Origin: Eledone cirrhosa
Lineage: Eukaryota
Length of the DNA stretch: 64,000 nt
Assembly: GCA_964016885.1 (NCBI GenBank)
Contig: OZ024742.1
Location: forward strand, 69,626,001 to 69,690,000
Reading direction: 5' to 3'
Part shown: in pieces, positions 50,170 to 62,800 of the stretch
How positions within the stretch are numbered: the first letter of the stretch is position 1
How the letters are laid out: each line of letters starts with the position of its first letter
Notes under the pieces: model-generated
The model's input: only the letters and a program-made list of their open reading frames with translations
Database searches by the model: none
Told to the model about the DNA's origin: nothing
Translations under genes and position numbers: made by a program

Positions 50170-50737
50170 TTTAGTTATGATTGTTTGTGATGGCTCAGTC
50201 TATCAAGCTTTGAGTTAAGTCTTCGCAAGGATTTTTGTTTAAAAAGAGAATCACTAAGGAATTACCATTCATGTGTAATGACGTATTTACTGAGTGAAGA
50301 GATTAAAAACATGAGTTGTTTATGTTTGTCCACAGTTATTAAGACAATTGAAGGAAATGAAGCCTCTTACAAGAAAGAATCAAAACAGCATCACCTTCTC
50401 TCCTCATTGATAACTAATCTCATCATCAATGAAACACAGATCAATAATAGTTTCGTGATATTGGATTTCTGTATAATGATATTTCAATATTTCATGTGTA
50501 TAAATCAGGATGTCACTGAATACAGTGGTTGATAGTTATAAAAACATACAGATACTCAGGATGTAAATGTTTGCTTATACAACAATTCTTAAATATTTTA
50601 TCGGCAGAACCACAACACATCACAAAAGCAACAGTCTCCCTCCATAGCATCATCACCACAGCTATATCATTACCGCCACTGGCACAATAACAACTATAAG
50701 TTTAGGCACCATACAAATATTGAAACCTATTTACCTG

Positions 50738-51837
50738 ATGTCACCTAAGAGAAGTAGCAAGATGATCAACAAACTTTTCCCCAAACTGAAAGTATCAGTC
50801 ACGCCAGAAAACGAACTATGGATTAGTCATTCACACACTCAGCGTCATACTTCCTCTGTCATCTCCAGTTTTGATTTATCTAGTTATAGCACATCCATCA
50901 GCATTGAACACTGCCGACTGACACATGATTCAAGTAAAGAAATTTTGATGGAGACTTTTAAACCTTTACTACATTTCAAAGCACTCAGCGGTCAAGAAAT
51001 GTACCCTTCAGATTACCTCAACAAACGCCAGCAGAATTTATTAAAACTTTTTAACGGTATTGTTTTACTGTATTTAGTTTGGAATATGTGGCGGTTATCT
51101 ACGATGCTAGACAAAGCAGTCAGCAGAGGGGAATTAATCAACTTCATAACCTCCCTCATTTTCTATCGCATGCACACTTTTGAGAGTATTATAAAGGTCA
51201 TGTTCAACATCATGTTTGGAAGAGGATTAATAGAAACATTTATGGCTTATGTTTTTGTGAACCAAGATTATTTCAGGAAATTGAAAGTGGTCGTTAAAAT
51301 TTCGTTAGTGGTTTTAGGTTTCGTATTAATCCTGTCTCTAATATTTAACATAATACTAATTAAAATTCAATTAGAAACAACTAATATGAACACAATAATA
51401 GCATTTCCAATATGGAGGAACGAAGCTCTAGATATTCTAAACTTCAAGCTATTAAACTATTTTATCGTTTTGGTACAACTCATCAACAAAATATTTCTTT
51501 ATATCTTCCTGAAAATAATACGTTCAGAGTTGTATGTACTCACCCAGCAACTGAAGCTGCTAGATATCAAACAACAAGCAACTGACATTAATAGCAAACT
51601 GATTCATCTACAGAAGAAATACGAAGAGATAATGGAGCTACTGGATCAAGTCAACAAACATTTCTCCAGCTATTTAGTCACTCTGTTTTTATTTACACTC
51701 AGCAGTATCAGTATACTGATAACGTCATATTTCAGGATGTGGACTCTTATGAAAAATATATTGTATCCTCATTTGCAATAATTTCGACAACCTTTACTAT
51801 GTTTGTTCTCTACAATGGTATCTCTATGTAATTTTCT
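50738..51837 (+). pseudogene. Gustatory-receptor-like (7tm_7 / 7TMIC superfamily) multi-pass membrane protein, probable first exon; frameshift near 51731 and TAA at 51829
   Basis: Non-repetitive 347-aa ORF from ATG 50738 with five hydrophobic segments. N-terminal FKPLLHFKALSG and GR-type loop LIHLQKKYEEIMELLDQVNKHFSSYL. A sixth hydrophobic segment (YIVSSFAIISTTFTMFVLYNGISM) lies in a shifted frame, then a GTATGT donor at 51838. Confidence 0.7.
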
Positions 51838-51867
51838 GTATGTTGATTTATTTTATATGTATTTATG

Positions 51868-51952
51868 CATGTATGTATGTATGTATGTATGTATGTATGT
51901 ATGTATGTATGTATGTATGTATGTATGTATGTATGTATGTATGTATGTATGT
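51868..51952. repeat. (ATGT)n microsatellite; others at 54401-54597 and 55562-55662
   Basis: Directly visible. Confidence 0.95.
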
Positions 51953-52179
51953 TCTTCTGGTTATAGAATTTCACAAAGTTTTACCAATAGAGAGAGAGTC
52001 GGTTTCTAACATAGACACAAAACTCTCTCATTGGAATTTACACAACATCAACTAGGTAGATATGTATGTATGCATGCATGTGTAGATATGGATGTTATTG
52101 TATGTGTGGATGTGGATGTTTTGAGTTGTATGTGTGCATGTGTATATGCTTTGTATCTGTACATGTGTATATGCAGTTA

Positions 52180-54400
52180 TTAGATGCAAAATGTTTGGAA
52201 TGTTTTACATATTTTTACTGTTCCGTTAATGGATTGTACTTGTAGTTTCCTAACTAGTTGTGTTCTTTCTGTTCCTGTGAAGCCTAGCTTCTCAAGATTT
52301 GTATTGAGGCAGTTACTAACATATCCCAGTGCTCCAATAATCACAGGCATAAATCGGAAGGTGTAATCAGGGTGGAGTATCTGTAGTTTCTCATCGGTTC
52401 AGCATAAATATTCTCCTTTTCGCTAATCTTTGATATTATATTGGCATCTGCTCGGCAGCTAATTTCCACTACTGTGCATGTTTTCTTCTCCCTGTCCCAT
52501 ATCATAATATCTGGTCTGTTATGCCTGTATTTTATTGGGGTTTTTACTGGAACATTCCACCAGTACCCTTTCATATTATGTACATGGATGTCTTCCACAT
52601 TGTTGTAGCTTTTAATGTGTTTATTATCGGGGCTATCTTTTTTACGAACTGCATTGTACAGTGTTTTGGCCACTACATCATGCCTCATAGTTAGATAGTA
52701 CCGCGATGACAGCTGCTGATGTCATGGGTGATATCCTCAATGTTAGTTCTGCAGAGTCTGCACTTGTTATCACATCTAGGTGTTTTGCCTGCATCTCTAT
52801 CTCTTTTTTGTATCAGGTATTTCGTGCTAATTTCCTGTTCCTGGATTGCAAAAGCGTATCCTTCAAAGTGGGAGCCGATATAGCGGTTGTTGGTCTAAGA
52901 TTGACTACTTTCCTTATCTATATTACTCTCACTCTGGAGCTTCCTGGCAACATATCCATGCATAATTTTTTGCTGATAGGCATGCAGTTTTTCATCCATG
53001 GATTCACTGCGATACTGCTGAGCGACATCCCTGGGTGTGAGTTTTTGATTATCACACAGGGAATATCTCTCGAGGAGTTCCTTATCAACTCTCATGATCT
53101 TATCTGTTTCATGCAGATAGACTTGCTCGAGAAGCGGGCTCCTACGCTTCGAAGTTCGTAGATGTTGTCGGAGAGATATGATGCGACATTCAAATGTTGT
53201 CTGGACTGATGTTAGGCCTCTACCTCCCTGCTTACGTTTCAAGTAAAGGCGGTCTATGTCACTGTTGATATAGAAATTTCCGGTGTTGTTCAGTATTTTT
53301 CGAGTTCCAACATCAACTGCTCGGATATCGTCTATCGTCCAATTGAGTATTCCAAACGTTGGTGTTAGGACAGGCACAGCAAACACATTGTGAGCCATTG
53401 TTTTGTTTTACGCAGAGAGTTCCGATGACTATATTTTTCTTAATCGGGTGTAGTATTCCCTGGTTACGCAGTCTTTATTACAGATACCATTATAGGATAT
53501 GTTCTCCTCTATCCCCAGGTATCTGTAGCAGTCCTCAACAGATATCGGTGAAACACTAGACCATTGATGACAATGTTGCTAGTTTGGGTTGTTGTTTTTC
53601 CCCGCTTTACAGTCATGTATGAGCATTTATCTGGGCCAAACTCCATTCCTATATCCTTTGAGAACGTTGTAACCAGGTCAAGATTTTTCTTCATCCCATC
53701 CATGTTCTTGGCATAGAGTTTCAGATCGTCCACAAAGAAGTTATGGGTTAGGTTCGTATTTCTGTCCTCCTGTGAGCCAATGATGTATCCCTCACATTTC
53801 TTGAGCAGAAAGGACAAGGGGTTTAATGACAAGATGAACAATATCACAGAGAGACTGTCCCCCTGAAATATACCCCTGCAATATTTTATTTTATCATTGA
53901 AAATAGAGTCCTCCCTCTCTGTCTTAACCTTAGGATAGTAGCCCAAGAAGAAGACAGCCTGTTTATGGCTCTGACAATAATGTATGGGACTTTAGCAAGT
54001 TGGAGGGCCTCTATCAGCCAAGAGAGGGGAACAGAATCGAAAGCTTTCCTGTAGTCCAGCCAGACTGTAGTCTATTCCTCCTAAGTTGTCGCACTTCCGA
54101 CATCGCAGTTTTGTTGATTAGGAGTTGTTCAGCACATCCCCAAACACTTTTCTTTCCAGCTGCTTGTTCATCTGTGATGATGTTATTATTTTTACAGTGA
54201 TCTTGGAGGAATAGGTTCAGGCAGGCTGTATACATCTTATATATCAGGTTCTGGCATGCAATGGGTCGGTAGTTTTTTGCCAAGTGGGTGTCTTTGTTCT
54301 TGGGGACCAGTAACGTTTGTGCTAATGTCAACCATTCTGGTATAAGTGTATCTCCCTTAAGAACTTGTTGGTAGAGGTCAGTAAGATACCTCCGATAGAA
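52180..54400 (-). mobile_element. Second, divergent R4/Dong-like RLE retrotransposon, decayed
   Basis: IPEWLT..KNYRPIACQN, GIFQGDSLSVILF, FFVDDLKLY, DIDRLYLKRKQGGRGL, RHDVVAK, HNRPDIMIWDREKKTCTVVEISC. The RT is interrupted by (TACA)n at 54400. Confidence 0.9.
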
Positions 54401-54596
54401 TATGTATGTATGTATGTACGTATGTATGTATGTATGTATGTATGTATGTATGTATGTATGTATGTATGTATGTATGTATGTACGTATGTATGTATGTATG
54501 TATGTATGTATGTATGTATGTATGTATGTATGTACGTATGTACGTATGTATGTATGTATGTATGTATGTATGTATGTATGTATGTATGTATGTATG

Positions 54597-55560
54597 TCAG
54601 GTCGCTCTCGAGTGCTACTGGTAACATGTAACCCAGTACAGCTAGCTTGGTGAGGAGGAGGATATTTGGACAACCTTCTTGATGAAATACAAGACCCGGA
54701 AAATAGCGGACGAACTCAGCAAAGTCAACGGTCATCCAAATAGTACTTTTTGTTCACCTGGAAGTGAAATGCCCCCAGTTGTTATCACAACACTTTTCTG
54801 GGTGAGGGAAACTCTGAAAAAATAAATCTGCGGCTTCGGAAGCATCCAATGATGTTGACCAGTTCTCCTTTTCGGGCAGTGTTGTTAAAGCACAGGCATT
54901 GCTTGTTCAGGATATGTTACAGGGTCGTGTGGCTGGCCGTAGCCTAAAAGTGCACCAAACTCTATAATATGACAAGCGATTGTAGTACTCTTAGCACATT
55001 TTGCAGCCATCATATATGTATGTTTTATGCTTTGGTCACTCTCGAGCGCTACTGTAAAATGTAATCCAGTACAGCTTGCTCAGTGAGGGGGATAATTTTT
55101 GAACATCCTGCGGGATAAAAAAGAAAACCCGTAAAAAGTCGGAGAAACTCATGGCTGTAACGACTATCCAATAATATGCATATATGCTCAGGGACATTAA
55201 AATACTCAGATTTGTGTCTAGGTGCGCGAGATACAGAGTGAGAGATACTAGGAGTGAGAGACCCTTGATCCGCGAAAGAATATCTTTCTGGAAGAGAGAA
55301 AATTTGATGTGAACCAGTTACTCAATGATAACCAATGACATTGATCTTTTCTTCTTTTCGAATTATATCTTTTGTTGCTCTGTGTGGGGGATTTGTCCAG
55401 TGTACGATCTTTTCTCACAATAAAAAGCTTCACGCACAGGTATCACTCGATATAGTCTGTTCTTTGAATGATGTAAATGATTGGATTCGTTTGCTACCCT
55501 CACAGGACTCAATTTGAGGTCGTTTGATTGCCATATTCGATCACGGAATGGCTGCTAATA

Positions 55561-55591
<31 letters not shown>

Positions 55592-56270
55592 TGTATGTAT
55601 GTATGTATGTATGTATGTATGTATGTATGTATGTATGTATGTATGTATGTATGTATGTATGTCAGGTCACCAGTTGGTGCTACTGGTAACATGTATCCCA
55701 GTACAACCAGTCTCATGGTCGGGTCGTTGGCGACTAAACTGGCAACCCCACCAAGGTTTCTTGGTGAGGAGGGTGACTTTGGACATCCTACAGGACTAAA
55801 AACAAAACCTGTCAAAGGGCAAAGGAGCTCTTAAGAGTCAATGGCCATCCAAAATCGCCGGGAGAGATGACCCCTTAGCCTTTGTCAAGGCAGAATTCTA
55901 GGAGAAGGAAAACTCTGATATAATACCTGCAACTCTGATGGTATCCAATGATGTTGACTTGTTCTTCTTTTTGGTAAATATCATCTTGGTTAAGAGAGTG
56001 GGACTGGCTTTGTGCAGTGCCTTTGCTCACTATAAAAGCTTCACGGCACAGGCATTGCTTTATATCTGGAGATCTCTCTGCACTTGTCGTCACATGGTAC
56101 CATGGGCCCAGCACTATGTGTCAATAATTGTCACAAGTGTAGTGTTTGTACCAGAGTTTTCAAGTTGCTGGCTGGACTAAAAAGTCACACTCGTTCAGCG
56201 CATCGGTAGGGGTTCTCCTACACGGATATGAAGTAGTGGCCGTACTCGAAAACGAGTTGGCAGCCACCAC
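54597..56270 (-). mobile_element. Three related retroelement-like 3' ends (about 54597-54960, 55030-55170, 55661-56270), unclassified
   Basis: Shared plus-strand sequence GGTC..GYGCTACTG..CCAGTACA..GTGAGG..ACA.CCT..ATCCAA. Copies 1 and 3 abut long (ATGT)n tracts and copy 2 a short one. Confidence 0.55.
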
Positions 56271-56419
56271 ATATGTATGTATATATGTATGTATACATGC
56301 ATTTATGTATTTATTTGTGCATGTATACAGTATCCATATATACACCTCTACTTATTATTTCCCTATCTCTCTCTCTCTTTCTTTCTCTCTCTCTCTCTCT
56401 CTCCCTCTTTCTCTCGCTC

Positions 56420-56450
<31 letters not shown>

Positions 56451-56458
<8 letters not shown>

Positions 56459-57607
56459 GACGTAAAATAAAAAAATATTTTTTTAAAAAAATTTAAAAAA
56501 AATTTTTTTCTTACTTAAATTTTCACTCCAACTAATTAGTTTCTGCAATGGGATAAAGACAGTTACGTAATCCAACTGTCGAGAATTCATTGCGTCATCA
56601 GGAAGTCTATTCTCAGTTAAGTCTCCAGGCAATGCGCGGACACTGGCGGCTCATATAAAAATAATAATAATTCGGTAGATCGAACAGCTTGCGAGGACTG
56701 GATTCTATGTACCGAAATTCTCACTGCTTCAAGTCAAATGGCCGATTCTAAAGAATCAATCACGTGACACAGAGGCTAGTTAGAAGGAATGGGATGGTAA
56801 GATGACTGACGCCTACTAACACCCCAAAAAAAAAAAAAAAAAAAAAAAATTTTTTTAGAAGTGGTTTTGACAAGTTTGCTCGACAAATCAGTGATTTGGA
56901 GATAAATATAGATAATTTAATATATCAACTAACATAAGCGCACAGATGCACGCCCATGCCAGCAAATACACAGGTTATGTCATAGTACCTAGGTGGTTCA
57001 ATGCAGGAGAATGCAGAACAATAATATAAAGGACGTAAAATAAAAAAATATTTTTTTAAAAAAATTTAAAAAAAATTTTTTTCTTACTTAAATTTTCACT
57101 CCAACTAATTAGTTTCTGCAATGGGATAAAGACAGTTACGTAATCCAACTGTCGAGAATTCATTGCGTCATCAGGAAGTCTATTCTCAGTTAAGTCTCCA
57201 GGCAATGCGCGGACACTGGCGGCTCATATAAAAATAATAATAATTCGGTAGATCGAACAGCTTGCGAGGACTGGATTCTATGTACCGAAATTCTCACTGC
57301 TTCAAGTCAAATGGCCGATTCTAAAGAATCAATCACGTGACACAGAGGCTAGTTAGAAGGAATGGGATGGTAAGATGACTGACGCCTACTAACACCCCAA
57401 AGAAACTAATTAGTTGGAGTGAAAATTTAAGTAAGAAAAAAATTTTTTTTAAATTTTTTTAAAAAAATATTTTTTTATTTTACGTCCTTTATATTATTGT
57501 TCTGCATTCTCCTGCATTGAACCACCTAGGTACTATGACATAACCTGTGTATTTGCTGGCATGGGCGTGCATCTGTGCGCTTATGTTAGTTGATATATTA
57601 AATTATC

Positions 57608-57612
<5 letters not shown>
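56451..57612. repeat. 378-bp direct duplication (56451-56828 / 57024-57401) plus 212-bp inverted duplication (56906-57117 / 57401-57612)
   Basis: Copies appear identical by eye. Confidence 0.9.
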
Positions 57613-57638
<26 letters not shown>

Positions 57639-57932
57639 ATGTTGGTATCTAAAACACTTCGTCAGATGACTACAATAAGAAACAAGTGTTCTTGCCAAAT
57701 GTTGTGTGCTTTTGTTTATGCTTTTACGTCAAATCATTTGGTGCAAACGTTGTGTCAAGTTGTAATAAATTGGTTTATGTATTTGGACATGTGTATGCGC
57801 GCGTGTATATGTGGAATGTTGCGTGTATAGTTTAATTGTCTTTTGAATTAGCTATTATGCGTGTGTGCATTATCATATCAGAATTTACGTGTGTGCGATT
57901 TTATATTAAGTATTGCGTGCTAAGTTCTAACA

Positions 57933-58590
57933 TCTATATATTACTTTCAACAACGTCAGTATTGCGTGTGTCATAATTTTCGATTATCATTGGTTCATAG
58001 GTTTCAAATGACTCCGCCCACCTCAACGACGCCAAACTTAAATTATTACGCATAATGTCAATGAGGGAGTGAGAGGGAAGAGTAAGAAACAGAGAGGCAA
58101 AGAGAACGCTGTAACTATTACCATGTGTGCGTGCGTGCAGCGTTCCACAGAGGTAAAAACTATCAACATGTGTAAGTGTGTGTAAGTGCACGGGTGCGTG
58201 TGTAAGTTTGCGTGCGTGTGTAAGTTTGCGAGCGTGTGCGCGTTTCCATGTGTGTATGTGTGTGTACGTGGGGCGTTCCACAATCTCCACGCAGTTTATC
58301 TGTCTGTGTGCCTGTCTGTCAGTCTAACATACAGAGTTGTGAAGGGAGTAAATGGTGACCTCTTTTTACATTAACAGACATCTTTTATATTTATTATTGT
58401 GTCATTTTTTTACAATTGCTCGAAATGAATACTGATAATAAAAGCAATTCGACTTTATCAAACAGTGAACAACAACGGCGACGGCGTGCAGCCATGAATG
58501 AAGAAGATCTGGCTGAACAATGCCAACGAAACACTGGAGCCAAGCAGCGACGGCGTGCTGCGATGGTTGAAGACGAACTGGCTGAGCATC
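57933..58590 (+). mobile_element. Helitron 5' end fragment (TC start), homologous to 58982-59500 and 59867-60585
   Basis: Starts TCTATATATTA.TTTCAA.AA.GTCA and carries the start of the RepHel N-terminal repeat (QRRRRAAMNEE). Confidence 0.8.
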
Positions 58591-58607
58591 ATCTTTTATA
58601 TTAATTA

Positions 58608-58981
58608 TCTATATCTATATCTACATATAATATAAAAGATTGGAAACCCATCATCCTTTTGAGAAACGTGGAACAACCACATCTATGCAATGATACACGT
58701 TTTACAGTCAGGCAGAAGATGAACTATCTCCTAGAGGTCACTATTCTAGGTGGGAGCACCTAGAATTGTTCATATACTATGCACAAACGGTACGACGAAG
58801 AATCTGGTATATCTGGAAGATTTTTTTTACTGTTTTCTGTATCACACAGACACCACGGACTCGTCTCATACTGTAACCAGACAAACATCCAATACAGTCA
58901 TTTCCTCTTTTACCTGTCTTCTCTTATACCTGTCTTCCTTTATCATATGTTTACCCGGACGAAGCTGGGTACGCCAGCTAG
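58608..58981 (+). mobile_element. Non-autonomous mini-Helitron copy 1
   Basis: 5' TC; internal Pif1 C-terminal remnant (GNPIILLRNV..LCN.TR; TKNLVY); subterminal hairpin ACCCGG-acgaag-CTGGGT; 3' CTAG (58978-58981). Confidence 0.85.
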
Positions 58982-59507
58982 TCTATATATTAATTTCAAG
59001 AATGTCATTATTCCGTGTGTCATAATTCTCGATTATCATTGGTTCAAAGGTTTCAAACGACTCCGTCCACCTCAACGACGCCAAACTTAAATTAATATGC
59101 ATAATGACAGTGAGGGGGTGAGAGGGGAGAGAGAGGCAAAGTGAACACTATGTATATGTGTCAGTGTAGAGACGTGTGTGTGTGATGTGTGTGGAAAGAA
59201 GAGGGGAAAGAAAGCAATAACTATTAACATGCGTGCGTGTGTATGTACGTGCGCGTATGTTTATGTGTGTGTGCGTGCGTGCAGCGTTCCACAGAAAGTA
59301 AAAACTATCAACATGTGTGAGTGTGTCCGTAAGTTTGCGTGCGTGTGCGCGTTTCCATGCGTGTATGTGTGTGTACTTGCGGCATCCGACAATGGCCACG
59401 CAGTTTATCTGTCTGTGTTCCTCTCTGTCAATCTAACATACACAGAGTTGTGAAGGGAGTAAATAGGGACCTTTTTTTACATTGACGGACATCTTTTATA
59501 TTAATTA

Positions 59508-59866
59508 TCTATATCTATATCTACATATAATATAAAAGATTGGAACTTCCATCATCCTTTTGAGAAACGTGGAAACAACCACGTCTATGAAATGATACAC
59601 GTTTTACAGTCAGGCAGAAGATGAACTATCTCCTAGAGGTCACTATTCTAGGTGGGAGCACCTAGAATTGTTCATATACTATGCACAAACGGTACTACGA
59701 AGAATCTGGCATATCTGGAAGATTTTTTTTACTTCTTTTGTATCACACAGACACCACGGACTCGCCTCATACTGTAACCAGACAAACATCCAATACAGTG
59801 ATTTCCTCTTTTACCTGTCTTCTCTTATCATCTGTTTACCCAGGCGAAGCTGGGTACATCAGCTAG
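59508..59866 (+). mobile_element. Non-autonomous mini-Helitron copy 2
   Basis: As copy 1. Hairpin ACCCAG-gcgaag-CTGGGT (59838-59855), CTAG at 59863-59866. Confidence 0.85.
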
Positions 59867-62800
59867 TCTATTTATTAATTTCAAGAACGTCAGTATTCCG
59901 TGTGTCATAATTCTCGATTATCATTGGTTCATAGGTTTCAAACGACTCCGCCCACCTCAACGACGCCAAACTGATATTAATATGCATAATGCCAATAGGG
60001 AGTGAGAGGGGAGAGTGTGAACGCTGTGTTCAATAATTATTAACATGTGTGCGTGTGTATGTACGTGCGCGTATATTTATGTGTGTTTGCGTGCGTGCAG
60101 CGTTCCACAGAAAGTAAAAACTATCAACATGTGTGAGTGTGTGCGTGTGTAAGTTTGCGTGCGTGTGCGCGTTTCCATGCGTGTATGTGTGTGGCGTTCC
60201 ACAATCGCCACGCAGTTTATCTGTCTGTGTGCCTGTCTGTCAGTCTAACATACACAGAGTTGTGATGGGAGTAAATAGGGACCTTTTTTTTACATTGACG
60301 AACATCTTTTATGTTTATTATTGTGTCATTCTTTGACAATTGTTCGAAATAAATACTGATAATAAAAGCTATTCGACTTTATCAAACAGTGAACTACAGC
60401 GGCGAAGGCGTGCAGCCAGCAATGAAGAAAAACGAGCCGAACAGCGCCATCGGAACGCCGAACTTCAAAGGCGAGGACGTGCCGCCATGAATGAAGAGGA
60501 GCTGACTGAACAACGCCAACGAAACACTGGAGCCAAGCAGCGACGGCGTGCTGAGATGATTGAAGACGAACTGGCTGAGCATCATCAGCAGATGGCCAGA
60601 ATTCAGCACCAACGGCGTGCTGCGATGGATGAGAAGAGCTGGCTGAACAGCGCCAGCGCAATACAGAAGTTAAGAAAAATTGTCGCCAAAATGCTCCTCA
60701 TTCCAGTAAAGAGGCCAGAAGGCGAACGAATGATATTAAAAATGGATCATGGCAGCCGTGTCATTTTCAGATTGGTGGACGAGCAGAGTGTCCACATTGT
60801 GGAGCATTGCTTTTGAGGCTCGAAAAGACGTGGACCACAAATGCTGTCATAAAGGAGCAGTTCAACTAGGACCCTTGCGAATACCGGATGATGAGGTGTC
60901 ACCGGAATTTAAAATACTATGTATGTGGGGTGATCAAGGAGACCGAGGTAGATTACTGCGCAAATGTTCGCGGCAAATTAACAATTCATTAGCTTTAACA
61001 TCGCAGAGAGTTAGTGAGATGTTTGAGGGTGGAGCATGGCAACCGAATGTAGTCATTCAAGGCCGTTTGCATCATTGTATCGGTAATTTAGAAGTTTCCC
61101 CAGTAGAGAGTCCTCGATTCGCTCAAATTTACGTTAACGCTCCAGATTATAGTGAATCGGAGGAAGATATAAGGATCGGTTGGATGAAGTTGCCGGGAAA
61201 TATAACTGAACTTGAACGGCAAAGGTTAATTGATTTGATCCGTGATTTGCAATCATGGCTTAGACAGTGTAATCCTTATTGTCTAACTGTCAGCAGCAAA
61301 CATTGGTGATTAAGGCTGACGCAGTGCCAAGGAATCAACACGAACGCCCCTGAAGGATTTCGTGAAGTTGCTGTGTTGATAGACGATAAGCCTGGATCGA
61401 GAGATAACGTCCTCAATCGCAGAGATGGTGGTCTCAAGACTATCAATGAGTCAAATAGGGCATACGATCCATTGCATTATGTTCTTTTATTCCCAAAAGG
61501 TGAAAATGAATGGAACATGTCTGTTCATTTAGATGATCATGAGAATCAGCATCAACAGGGAGGTGGCAATAGACACAATAATTCGATTCGCGACTTTTAC
61601 GCGTTACATTTGAACGAGAGGAATCAAGAGAGAAATGCGCTATTTCAAGCCAGCAGATTGTTCCAGGAATACTGTTGTATGGCATTCGCAAAGATCGAAA
61701 ATGAAAGGCTAAATTATATAGCTACACATCAGCAACATATCAGAGCTGAATTGTATAATAATATACAGGATGCGATAACAGCCGATGATGCCAATTACAA
61801 GCAAATTGGTCGACGCATCATTTTGCCATCGTCGTTCATCGGCGGCCCGAGATATATGAACATTCGCTATCAGGATGCAATGGCTATTGTCAGAAAGTTT
61901 GGAAAGCCAGATTTGTTTATAACGGTTACATGCAATCCTGAATGAACTGATATTAAGGATGCACTTTTGCCAGGACAATAGCCAAAGGACCGTCCTGATA
62001 TTGTGGCAAGAGTATTCAAAGGATATCTGAAAAAGATAATGGATGATGTGGAAAAAGAGGGAATCTTTGGAGCTATAGTTGCTTTTATATACATAATTGA
62101 ATTCCAAAAAAGAGGATTGCCACATGCACATTTGCTGGGCATTTTACATAGAGATTGCAAATTGAGATGTGCTGAAGATGTCGAGAGCATTGTGTGTGCT
62201 GAACTGCCGGAGAATGAGGCACTACGCAACTTGGTGTCAAAGTCAATGGTGTACAACCAATGCGGAGTGGCAAATCGGAAAGCCCCTTGCATGAAAAATG
62301 GCCAATGCAGTAAGCACTTTCCGAAATCTTTGTTACGAACACTTCCTCGAACGATGAGGATGCTCATCCCTCATACAGAAGACGGTTGCCTGCAGATGGC
62401 GGTTTGGTCGAAAATGTAAACGGTCGACAGGTTACAAATCAATGGGTTGTGCCATACAATCCATATTTGATTATGAAATATCGTTGTCATATTAATGTGG
62501 AAATTTGTAGCTCAGTGAAAGCTTGCAAATATCTATTCAAATATGTTTACAAAGGTCATGATCGGGCAATGATCAATGTCAGGAATGAGCAAGCGAACAA
62601 AGGAAATGAAGTTGGCAGGTTCCAGGATGTTCGCCCGATTGGATCTAGCGAAGCTTGCTGGAGATTGTTCGATTTTGATCTCAATGAACGCAAACCCAGC
62701 GTTCAGAAACTGATGGTTCACTTAGAGAATAGGCAAATGCTCTGTTTTCAGGGCACTAGAAGAGGTGTCGAAAGAATTGCTAACGCACCACCTCCTAAGA

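Noticed and set aside
50537-50544. TATAAAAA as the promoter of the GR-like gene
   Set aside because: Expected by chance in AT-rich DNA; no supporting evidence.
55335-55517. Possible downstream exon (TM7) of the GR-like gene
   Set aside because: No TY.....QF-like motif or convincing acceptor; it lies among retroelement fragments.
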